Assembly: GCA_964016885.1 (NCBI GenBank)
Contig: OZ024741.1
Span: 65,906,001 to 65,970,000 of the forward strand
Reading direction: 5' to 3'
Length of the DNA: 64,000 nt
Source: Eledone cirrhosa
Lineage: Eukaryota
A program made the position numbers and the translations under genes. The notes under the pieces were generated by a model. The model saw only the letters and a list, made by a program, of their open reading frames with translations. It was not told where the DNA came from and ran no database searches. Below, piece after piece: positions 1 to 11,110 of the stretch; positions within the stretch are counted from its first letter, which is position 1; each line of letters begins with the position of its first letter.

Positions 1-1851
1 GCATACAATTCTGGAAAAGCAGATACAAAATAATGAGAGAAACTATCTATTTAGCGACTTAGTTACATATGTCCTACAATACAATGTCATCTGAGGTTCC
101 ATCAATCATTAGGGTTGGTTAGAAAAGAAATAAAGACAATGGCAGAGAACAGACTAGAATACTGACTGAATTTTGTGATTATGTCAAGGGGAGAAAGAAA
201 AAAAAAAAAAACAATAATTGTGACATTATAAAGTAAATCAACAAGAATACAAAAAAACCCCCACAAAAAACAAAAAACCCACAAAATACCCCCCAGCCGG
301 TAACATGTCATTGGGTACATAGCTGTCAAAAAAATTACATAATATAAACATATATAGATGTCAGCAAATCATGTTTGTTTGAGGTTGTACTTGCTTATTT
401 ACATGTCTTAGGTGTCTGGTAATGTTTACTAATTGCTGTTTAAATATTGTTAATAATAAGGCCTCAGGTCTGTCTAAAAGTTGATACAATGTTGTTTTAT
501 AAAGTTACACTCAAGTCTTCTATGTTATGACCTGAGGTCATCAAACTCTATAGTGTATAGTTCATAGTTCTTTGTTCATATTTTTCCACAATGTCAAACG
601 CAATAACTCAAAAGTTGCAAGCCATTATCTGGTGTACCTCTAAGATATCAGCTCTACCAATTCCAAAGTTGCTAGTCAATCAGTTAATGAGTGGTGTTTC
701 CAGTCACTGAGTGTATGTGTGTGGACTTGCAACTCCTGATAGAGTCATAGGGGTGCTATATTGTTACATGAAACGATGAAAGTGTTACATGAAACGATAA
801 AGTGTCTTGAGCTTTTTAAACCTGGCAGTGCCCATCTCACTCAGGGCCTAAACACAGCTGATTTCTTCTATAGGAAGGAGAGGGGAGGGGTGAGAATTGA
901 CCCTAGTAATGGATTGGTAGATTTTTTTATTGACCGCTAAAAGATGAAAGATAAAGTTGACCACAGTGGGATTTGAACTCAGACTACAGAGAGTCATAAC
1001 AAATGCCACAAAACGTTCTATCTGATGTTCTAATGACTCTGTCAATTCACCACCTTGTTTAGTCTTGTCTTATACTGACATAAATTCTACCCACTCCAAA
1101 ATTGTCACTCATTGCCTGATGTATGTATAATCTTGCACCACCAAGATGTCAGCTTTACTAACTCCAAACTTACCACCTATTGCCTGATGTTTGGGAGGAA
1201 AGGAGGAAGTTAGCCTGAAACCAGAGACCCAACGCAAATGCTCACGAAAGAATGTATTCATGTGCTGAAAACTCCCAAGGAAAAGGAGATAGTTCTGAGT
1301 TGAACTACAGATTAAATCTACCACTAATTTGCAACATGTTTTGCACTTATTATTTTCTTTATAAAATTTAGCACATATTGAAAATTCCAGTTGGTTTGGT
1401 CACTACAGCTCTAGAAAGTCTTTAAAAGATTCTATAAATACCAAATTCATCAGTATTAATACATTGTTTATTACCAAAATATTATTGATTTAGATGAAAG
1501 ATATAATTGTTTCTATGCAGTTCCTCTTGGTCAATTTGGCTGTGATTTCAGGATGGTTAATCAAGAAATATGGCAAAACACCAGAGTCCTTAGTTAAGCT
1601 TGAATAATCATGATCAGAGCAGAAAATGCAATTTCTTTGTGCAATGAAACAACAGCTCCCACCACTATCTAAAATTCCACCACAAGCACCACCACCACCA
1701 CTACAACCTCCACCATCACACCACCACCACCACCACCATAAACCTTCACTTTTATGTTGATCAAGTGTGTAGACTGCTATATTTTTACAAGTATGTGTAC
1801 ATATATACATAAGTGTATGGGTTTAAGTGTGTATGTGTATGTGTGTGTGTG

Positions 1852-1931
<80 letters not shown>

Positions 1932-2002
1932 AAACTAATAAACCTTTGTTCATACTGCCTCTCTGTTTTGTTCCCGTTCCATTTTTCACTATATATATAT
2001 AT

Positions 2003-2345
2003 GGAGGCACATGGCTCAGTGGTTAGAGCATTGGCCTTGCAATCGAAAGGTTGTTAGTTCAATTCTCAGACCGGGTGATGTGTTGTTTCCTTGAGTAAGG
2101 CACTTTATTTCACATTGCTCCAGTTTACTCAGCTGTAGAAATGAGATGATAGGGACTGGGGTCCATATCATTCCACTGCAAAATGGTCGTGGAGGTGCCA
2201 TGGCAAAAAAGCACCCAGCACTCACTGTAAATGAGGTTGGTGTTAGGAAGGGCATCCAGCTGTAGAAATCAAGCCAGAATCAGTTCCCGTCCCACCCTTG
2301 CAAGCAGGGAAAAAGCGGACGTAAAATGAAATGAAATGAATGAAA
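2003..2345 (+). mobile_element. tRNA-derived SINE with RTE-LINE-derived 3' tail
   Basis: A box TGGCTCAGTGG (2012) and B box GTTCAATTC (2057). Central CCTTGAGTAAGGCACTTTATTTCAC domain. The 3' part (GGTGTTAGGAAGGGCATCCAGCTGTAGAAA) matches the RTE 3' UTRs in this window. Ends in a (TGAAA)n tail. Confidence 0.85.
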
Positions 2346-2350
2346 TATAT

Positions 2351-4152
2351 ATATTTATTAAAATAACAGATTAAAGTTTAAGCAAAGAATCGCTGCTTTC
2401 ACCCTTAACGGGATCTTCTGAAACTAACAAAGTCAATCTGTAAACGCAGAAGTGGATATTTCAAAAAACGTTGCAACCGGAGGAAGACAGGAAGACGATA
2501 CTTTGGTTCGTGGCAACGTTCCTTGGCAAAGAACGGGAAAAAACGAATATAATACATCATTAATAGGAGCGGTGAAAAACAATTACGCGCAAAGACAGAA
2601 CCACGTTTATGGTAGAAAAGAAGTCGTAGACTAATGTTCTCTTAGGTGGTTCATAGAGACGTTCTCTGGCAATGAACGGAAAAAACGAAGATAATACATC
2701 ATATGTGGAGCGTGGAGAACAATTGCACGCAAAGACAAAACCACGTAAATGGTATAGCTGAAGTCGAGGACTAAAATTCTAACTAGGAAACCGAATGAAT
2801 CTCCGCTTCAGAGTTAAGAATAAAGTAAATAAAATACAATACAGAGGTAATAGAAATTAAATAAATGCATACACGCATGCAAATACGTACATACACAAGC
2901 ATACGCAAAACACTTGCCATAGGTATACAAAACAACGCACATATAATTATGTGTGTGTGTGTGTGTGTGTGTGTACAAATAAATAAATAATTAAATAAAC
3001 GTATATAAATAAAATACGTATATAACAAGCGCACACACATACCTACATGTAAATACACAAATGTTCGGAGACGTAGTCAACCAAAACATGAACATATACA
3101 CACGGCCTACATAAGTACAAACCTGCATACTCACGCAGATGCAAATAAGTAATGGTATAAACAAAACATATACTTAGCTACCACATCAAGATGTAAAATA
3201 TCCATGTATAGATCGTACTATCCGTTAGGATATAATGTGGGGCTGTAATACAGGAAAGTTTTGTGCAATTTATGTTTACAAGCCGAAATTGCCTCAGATT
3301 TTTTGTTTAAGATGTGGTCTGTGGAATAGAGTATCTCCAGGGCCTCAGCGGTGCAGAGGTCACATGGTCTTTTATTTTCGTTATACGATCTAGCCCTAGC
3401 TAGGATCTCCCAGTGTAACTTACATTGGGTGTGGTTGTCTTTTAGACTCCAGATATAAGCTGAAAGTGACGTCATATTCATTCTTAGAGGGTAACGAAAA
3501 TAATGGGTATGCATGTAAAGACGCTGCTTGAATCTATTGGCGGTTAACCCTATGTAGGCTCTACGGGACGTGGGTGTTTCAACCTTACATTTGTAGACAA
3601 TGTTACTAGATAGGCATTTCTCGGATAGGGGGCAATCAACCTGATTCCTACAATTACAGTTAGTACTAACTACAGGGTTGCATGTGTTCCTACGGCTAGG
3701 TAGTTTAGCTAAATTTGAAGCTGTGATGTTATGTGCAAGGTTAGGAGTCGTAGTGTAAGAAATTTTAATAGTATTTCTATTAAAAATTTTACTATATTTA
3801 TGTGTAGGGGAAAAATGCTTCGTAATAAGGGAAAGAAAGATCTTAGCTGTATTGTATTTTATTTACTTTATTCTTAACTCTGAAGGTTTCCTAGTTAGAA
3901 TTTTAGTCCTCAACTTCAGCTATACCATTTACGTGGTTTTGTCTTCCTCCGGTTGCAACAGTTTTTGAAATATCCACTTCTGCGTTTACAGATTGACTTT
4001 GTTAGTTTCAGAAGATCCCGTTAAGGGTGAAAGCATCGATTCTTTGCTTAAACTTTAATCTGTTATTTTAATAAATATTTGCTCTACGGTTCATATATAT
4101 TTGATATATATTTATCCTTATCGAGCCCTCTTTGGATTTTAGTCTTCAAATT
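2351..4152 (-). mobile_element. 5'-truncated Penelope-like element (Naiad-like) with an inverted 3'-end copy at its 5' end
   Basis: GIY-YIG ORF at 3848-3218 and 3' UTR running to 2351. 3847-4078 is an internally deleted inverted copy of 2351-2844, followed by a ~70-nt extra tail. Both ends lie in TA/TTA repeats. Confidence 0.85.
3218..3848 (-). CDS. PLE C-terminal region: thumb/linker plus GIY-YIG endonuclease (fragment)
   Basis: The frame stays open upstream of the listed ATG: KIFLSLITKHF..KIFNRNTIKISY..CNCRNQVDCPLSEKCLSSNIVYKCKV..AYIGLTANRFKQRLYMH..LSAYIWSLK..CDLCTAE..LNKKSE..CKH. Confidence 0.85.
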
Positions 4153-4179
4153 TATTATTATTACTATATATATATATAT

Positions 4180-4367
4180 GGGCGGTGGATTGGCAGTATC
4201 GGAAGAGGGTCGGACGCCATGCTTTCCAGCATAGTTACGTCCCTTTACGATCTGAGTTCAAATCCCGCCGAGGTTGACTTTGCCTTTCATCCTTACGGGG
4301 TCGATAAAATAAAGTACCAGTAATGCACTGGATAATTGCTGGCCTTGTGCCTAAAGTAGAAACAATT
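4180..4367 (+). mobile_element. tRNA-related SINE with Meta-like central domain (very abundant family)
   Basis: GGCGGTGGATTGGCAG..GAGTTCAAATCCC head, GCCTTTCATCCTTACGGGGTCGATAAAATAAAGTACC core and GGCCTTGTGCCTAAA..AGAAAC tail. Further copies near 850-1055, 7870-8056, 16430-16595, 25640-26020, 26960-27170, 37180-37670, 39290-39475, 41120-41280, 43390-43610 and 58700-59010. Confidence 0.8.
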
Positions 4368-4390
4368 ACTATATATATATATATTTGATG

Positions 4391-5488
4391 GAAGGTATAC
4401 GTTGCTGACGATAGCTAATAAGCTTGAAACTAGTACAGCGTTCCTTTGTCAGTGTTGAACAAACGAGCAACGATGGTTGCTGGACACTACGGCTTAATAC
4501 GGGATGTTTGTTTACAAACACACCGAGCATTATAATAAATGTTCGGTGAATCCATAAGTACATATATATATGTGTGCATGTATGTATATATATATACATA
4601 CTACTGTATGTCTGTATACATATATGTATGTACATGTACATACTTATATTTAAGTAACAGCCGTACTAAGAGTGGGAAATGAAATTTCGTTTCATTTTTT
4701 CCGCTTATCGTTTTCGGTGCACACGGTCGATTAACCCACTCGATATGCAAATTAGGCTTCTCAGCTGTTAATATGCATAAGGTAAGTATATACGTTCAAC
4801 AATCTGGCAGGAAGGTATACGTTGCTGACAATAGCTAATAAGCTTGAAACTAGTACAGCGTTCCTTTGTCAGTGTTGAACAAACGAGCAGCGATGGTTGC
4901 TGGACACTACGGCTTAATACAGGATGTTTGTTTACAAACACACCGAGCATTATAATAAATGTTCGGTGAATCCATACGTACATATATATATGTGTGCATA
5001 TATGTATATATATATACATACTACTGTACGTCTGTATACATATATGTATGTACGTGTACATACTTATATTTAAGTAACAGCCGTACTAAGAGTGGGAAAT
5101 GAAATTTCGTTTCATTTTTTCCGTTTATCGTTTTCGGTGCACCCAGCCGATTAACCCACTCGATATGCAAATTGGACTTCTCAGCTGTTAATATGCATAA
5201 GGTAAATATATACGTTCAACAATCTGGCAGGAAGGTATACGTTGCTGATGATAGCTAATAAGCTTGAAACTAGTACAGCATTCCTTTGTCAGTGTTGAAC
5301 AAACGAGCAACGATGGTTGCTGGACAATACGGCTTAATACGGGATGTTTGTTTACAAACACACCGAGCATTATAATAAATGTTCGGTGAATCCATACGTA
5401 CATATATATATGTGTGCATGTATGTATATATATATACATACTACTGTACGTCTGTATACATATATGTATGTACGTGTACATACTTATA
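4391..5488 (+). repeat. 420-bp tandem array (~2.6 units) with one hammerhead per unit; retrozyme-like
   Basis: GAAGGTATAC recurs at 4391, 4811 and 5231. HHR motif in each unit. Flanked by (TA)n. Homologous to the 470-bp array in the opposite orientation. Confidence 0.9.
4399..4441 (+). ncRNA. Minimal type I hammerhead ribozyme (further copies 4819-4861, 5239-5281)
   Basis: ACGTTG CTGACGA T AGCT AATA AGCT T GAAAC TA GTA CAGCGT: stem I, core, stem II, palindromic stem III (ACTAGT) and GUA triplet. Copy 2 has a G8A change (CTGACAA). Copy 3 has CTGATGA. Confidence 0.85.
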
Positions 5489-5610
5489 TATATATATATA
5501 TATAATATATATATGTGTGTAAATATATTCAAGTGTATTTAAACATAATCATCTTCATTTGTACGTCTGCTTTCTATACTGGCATGGGTTGAACTATAAA
5601 CGTCTGCTCA

Positions 5611-5643
<33 letters not shown>

Positions 5644-6361
5644 GATATTGACTAGAGAAATTGTTCAATAAATTAATGTTAAAAGATATTAGACTTCTTT
5701 CTTTGTTGGGGGTTAATAGACAAGGTTAGTCCATCATGTAAAGACATTGATAAACTAGAATCTGTCCAAATCAGCATGTCATTCAACTAATGAAAATATC
5801 TCCTTTTTCTTCTACTTCCTCTTCACCAGCTCCTCTTGATTGCTAGCCAAACCCTCCCTATTCCAACACCACCCTTGGTACTGTTTGCTTTGGCAGACTA
5901 AAGTCCAGCTTCTTCAAAAGGCTATTTTCTATTCTTTACTTTGTCGGCATATTATACATCCTATCCCCCTCCCACCACCACCACCTCCACCACAACTACC
6001 ACCACTACCACCACCAGCACCGACACCACCACCAACACCACCACTGATATCACCACCACTACCACTGATACCACCACCACCACTACCACCATCACCATAT
6101 TACAATACTCTATCCCTACGCATTTTTTCTGCCAAAGGGTATGGTAGATCAGGATATAGGCTTTCATTGTTTTGTTTTTCTTTCAAATAAATTTTCTTTG
6201 GCCTCTTCCCACCAGACTTCATTTAGAAGACAATTTCATCTCAGATCCATAAACTTGTCTGTTTCCTGGTCCCTGGTTCATTCCCAGGACCAGAACCTTG
6301 GGTGTCCTCAAAAGAGTACACTCTGCTACTAGTAGATGGAAATTGTGTGGAAGCCCATCTG

Positions 6362-6422
<61 letters not shown>

Positions 6423-6425
<3 letters not shown>

Positions 6426-7339
6426 TCATCATCATCATCATCAACGTTTAACGTCCGTGTTACACGCTTGCATGGGTTTGGACGGGGGTTTTCCCACTTG
6501 AGGCAAGAGTGATTATCTTGCTCGCATAGGACTATCTGGCGGGTTTTCTACAGCTGGATGCCCTTCCTAACACCAACCACATTTACAGTGTGGGTCTGGG
6601 AGGTTTTTACCGTGTTGCCTACACGGCCACATTACAGCGTGAACTGTGTTTTTTTGACGTGACACCTACACGATCTCATTTGTTTCGGCCTGGATGTTGT
6701 GGCACCAATATAACTTTACATTGAAAGGGGCGGTGTGGATGGGGTCGGGGTGGTGGGACGGGGGTGTATTTTGTTAGAGATGCCTACTGACTGTAGTAGG
6801 TTTTACTTTGTATTTAGGTAAGGCGGGTCTTCTCTATTACTGAGTACCGCCAAAGGTCTCGGTCCAGTGACATTGTCTTGGAGAGGTGTAAGTGTGTGAG
6901 GTCGGAATTTATCAGCTCGTCCCAGGTTTTTCTGGGTCTGCCTACTCCGTGGCTACCGTCTATCTTTATTGCCCTGCACTTTGTTATACAGCTATCGTCT
7001 TTCATGCGCATCACGTGTCCATACCAACGTAGCCTTCTCTTGAGTAAACAACATCTGATCCCTCTTATTTTTAATTTTTTCCTTAGTTCGTTTATGCTTT
7101 GCCATTTACGTATATTACTATTACACATCCAGCGGAGCATGCAAGCTTCGTTCCTCTCTAGTCTGCGTATATCCTCTGCACACAATGCTCAGGTCTCACT
7201 GCCATGTAACATTGCTGTTCGTATGCAGGCATCGTACAACCTGCCTTTCATTTTTAGGGAGAACCCTTTAGCGGCTAATAGTGGTATAAGCTCTCTGAAC
7301 TTTTTCCATCTAGTTCTGACTCTAGCTACTGTACTTTCA
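6423..7339 (-). mobile_element. 5'-truncated RTE LINE
   Basis: ORF 7185-6814 is nearly identical to the C-terminus of the 11505-14030 ORF. 3' UTR and (GAT)n tail present. (TA)n on both sides. Confidence 0.9.
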
Positions 7340-7360
7340 GTATATATATATATATATCTA

Positions 7361-7543
<183 letters not shown>

Positions 7544-7777
7544 GCGTTTAATGTCCATCTTCCACGCTAGCATGGGTTACATGGGTTTGTCTCATTTAGA
7601 GACAAGTTGGGTTGGGTGACCATGTCTTGCTCATATAGGACAGTTTCTGGCTGGTTTTCTACGGCTGGATGCCCTTCCTAGCACCAACCACATTTACAGT
7701 GTGTGCTGGGTGCTTTTTGTCATGACACCTGCACGACCACTTACAGAGTGGGCTGGATGTTTTGTGGTACCAATGTA

Positions 7778-7842
<65 letters not shown>

Positions 7843-8079
7843 CATACATGTACACATATATATCATGATAATTGTTTTTACGTTTGGCACAAGGCCAGCA
7901 ATTATCCAGTACATTACTGGTACTTTATTTTATCGACCCCGTAATATGAAAGGCAAGGTTAACCTCGGCTGGATTTGAACTCTGTCTGTAAAGGGACGTA
8001 ACTCTGTGCTGCAAAGCATGGCGTCCGACCCTCTACTGATACTGCCAATCCACCAATCATGATAATGATATATATATAT

Positions 8080-8335
8080 CACCTTGATCACCTTGACCGA
8101 CCAGTCTGTCAGGCGCCAATTGGCGCCGCTGGTCACAGCACGTCGTGCTGTTTTAGCCATAAGATAACGCCATCCCACTGGCTGGGCGGGCAGGCCGGTA
8201 CGCATTTCTACAGCTGAGTAAACTGGAGCAACGTGAAATAAAGTGTCTTGCTCAAGGAAACAACACATCACCCAGTCCGAGAATTGAACTCACAACCTTT
8301 CGATTGCATGCCCAATGCTTTTAACCACTAAGCCA
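8080..8335 (-). mobile_element. tRNA-derived SINE with the same head as 2003-2345 but a different 3' tail
   Basis: Head and central domain match 2003-2140. The tail (GGTCGGTCAAGGTGATCAAGGTGAT) is unrelated to the RTE UTR. Confidence 0.7.
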
Positions 8336-9086
8336 TATTTGTGTGTACATGTATCCATATTGTTTCGTTTGGATTGTATTCCAGTGTTATGGCTGTAGTA
8401 TGCAGAGTGTAAATAGATTTTAAACAGTTGAACTCAGTGTTGCAGCATGTACAAACTTCATATTAAATAAGTTCCGATTATGGAAACAGAATTCAGAATC
8501 AAAACGTCTGAGAATAAACTTAGCCAAAACTAAAGTGCTAGATAATAGGAAAGAAGATAGGACCTTTATTCCTTCAGGGAAGTGGCCCTGCTCAATACGT
8601 AGAAAAGGAATAGGCATAAACTCTATATCATGTACACACACAGACACATACATAGATCAAAATGGACTACCAACATGAGAGTTAATAATATACAAATTAG
8701 TACATCCATTTCAATCACACTTCTATAAGCTCCTTAGTTACACATTTCCATGACAAAATATATAGACATTCACGCAGTATACCTCTATACTGTATATATA
8801 AACATACATACACACACTGCAGCTCTCTGCCATTTTTATAATAATTGTCGTAGTACACTGAAGTCATATACCTGGTTTAATGAATGTAACAATCTAACAT
8901 AGCTGAAACTCAGGTATTATATGAAAAGGTGAAATTAGCAGATATCAAAATGTAAAACTAGTAGTAGAAGCGACAACATAAAAAACTAATCCATAAAATA
9001 AAAAAAATCAATGGTCAGGTAAATATTTCAAGGGAAGAAACTGTTCTGTATGAAGGACATATCTATAAAGAGTTATTCTTCTTTTG

Positions 9087-9132
<46 letters not shown>

Positions 9133-9133
<1 letters not shown>

Positions 9134-9508
9134 TTGGACCGGACGATGTGTTGTTTCCTTGAACAAGACACTTTATTTCACATTGTTCCAGTTTACTCAG
9201 CTGTAGAAATAAGATGATAGGACTGGGGTCCCTATCATTTCACTGAAAAGTGGTGGTGGAGGTGCCACGGCAAAAAAGCACCCAGCCCACAACTGTAAAG
9301 TGGATGTGTAGGCATCACGGAAAAAAAAGCACCCAGCACTCACTGTAAATGAGGTTGGTGTTAGGAAGGGCATCCAGCTGTAGAAATCAAGCCAAAATCA
9401 GTTCCCTTATGAGCAAGACAAGGTCAGCTGACCGGACACTGCCCACAACAGGACAACCCGTCTAACCGATGCTAGCGTGGAAGAATGGACATAAAACGGT
9501 GATGATGA
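9133..9508 (+). mobile_element. 5'-truncated SINE with RTE tail
   Basis: Central domain plus RTE-like 3' UTR and (GAT)n. Lies tail-to-tail with the next copy. Confidence 0.75.
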
Positions 9509-9532
9509 TATATATATATATATATATATATA

Positions 9533-9868
9533 TCATCATCATCATCATTTTACATCCGCTTTTCCCTGCTTGCAAGGGTGGGATGGGAACTGATTCTGGC
9601 TTGATTTCTACAGCTGGATGCCCTTCCTAACACCAACCTCATTTACAGTGAGTGCTGGGTGCTTTTTTACTGTGGCACCTCCACGACCACTTTGCAGTGG
9701 AATGATAGGGACCCCAGTCCCTATCATCTCATTTCTACAGCTGAGTAAACTGGAGCAATGTGAAATAAAGTGTCTTGCTCAAGGAAACAACACATCACCC
9801 AGTCTGAGAATTGAACTCACAACCTTTCGATTGCAAGGCCAATGCTCTAACCACTAAGCCATGTGCCT
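9533..9868 (-). mobile_element. tRNA-derived SINE with RTE tail
   Basis: Reverse-complement near-copy of 2003-2345. Confidence 0.85.
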
Positions 9869-10372
9869 AAATATATATATATATTTATAGTTGACAAATG
9901 AAACAAAACAAACACAGGGATGCAAAAATACAAAGTCATACTCGGTTCATGCTTAGAGGAAGTGGAGGAATATATATATATGTAAAAAAGTAAACAAATA
10001 AGAAAGCAAATGACACAGTACAATAAAGAAATATATTAGTTTAATGCTTGAAATAATAGGAAAAGAATCTTAACGTTTACAGATACTAGTCCTTTGTCAG
10101 AAGATAGAATGAGGAATAAAAGATGAATTATAAAAAGAGTGAAAACAACACACACACACCTCCTATGTCAATTAATTAAGGAAGAATGTTAAGAGATTTA
10201 CTAAAATTATCAATTATTTCATTACTAAGATAGTAATTTAACATATGGTTCTTATATAAAATGGGTGGTTTTGTTTCATAGATTAAGACAAGAGCCAGCT
10301 TTGGGTGTGTTGGTAGCAAAATGGTTAACACAAACAGAAAAGTCAACAGAGCTAACAAGAGAGCCTCTATAT

Positions 10373-10714
10373 CAGTCATGGGCAAACTGTGGCCCGCGAG
10401 CCACATGCAAACCATGAGCCACATGTGCCGTTTGGCTTTCTGAATGACAAGTCTAATTCTAAAATTGCTTTGAATTTTTTAGCAGTGCAGCCTGCCTTAT
10501 GATTATTCACATCCTATGCAGCCCACTCAGGGCCTCCCAGAGATATTTTGCAAGGCGGTACAAGACCCCCTTCGGGGCCCAAAGTAGGCAAAGATTTTTC
10601 TCAAATTGATGTTGCAGTGGGGCCTTCTTAGCTCTTGGGCCCCGGACAAAGAACTGACTGGACCCCCTCTCATAGGCCCTGAGACCACTGCTCGAAAAAA
10701 GTTGACCATGCCTG
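10373..10714. mobile_element. hAT-type MITE with a nested hAT-type MITE (10528-10681)
   Basis: Outer TIR CAGTCATGGGCAA/TTGACCATGCCTG with 8-bp TSD CTCTATAT. Inner element CAGGGCCT/AGGCCCTG with TSD AGCCCACT/AGACCACT. Confidence 0.8.
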
Positions 10715-10888
10715 CTCTATATGGTCATTCTACCTGCTAGAAATAGCAACCAAATCTACCTCAAATTACACCTGGCCTTTTTGGAGCCCAATGGATAATG
10801 TTATCTTAGACACAGAATGCTCGAGAGTAAGATGGGATGTTCATGGATGGAATGTCTTTGATAAGACCATATATATATATATATATAT

Positions 10889-11100
10889 GATGTGAGAAAA
10901 ACCACAGACCCTCCATCTCAACTCTACTTTTGAAAAGCAGAAGAACTGCGAAACCGGTAAAGGAACCAAATAAATATATATATTTTTTTTAAAATAAGAC
11001 TCCAGTTGCATTTTCGATTTCATCTTTTTTTCTTTATACTTTCACGCGTGTAGGACACCTCGGTTATTTTTCATTTTGTAAAAAAAACCTCACTTTCTAA
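10889..11100 (+). mobile_element. ~210-bp (TA)n-embedded element carrying a U3-A8 hammerhead variant (second copy 60944-61157)
   Basis: Two near-identical copies 50 kb apart, both between (TA)n runs. HHR-like motif at 10927-10963. Confidence 0.75.
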
Positions 11101-11110
11101 TATATATATA

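Noticed and set aside
528-540. TGACCT-G-AGGTCA everted nuclear-receptor half-sites
   Set aside because: A single short motif without supporting context, plausible by chance.
2003-2075. tRNA gene
   Set aside because: A and B boxes are present, but the sequence continues into a SINE body and tail and is repeated at 8260-8335 and 9795-9868.
3218-3848. Selenocysteine recoding as reported for some Naiad PLEs
   Set aside because: All conserved Cys positions in the fragment are TGT/TGC, with no in-frame TGA.
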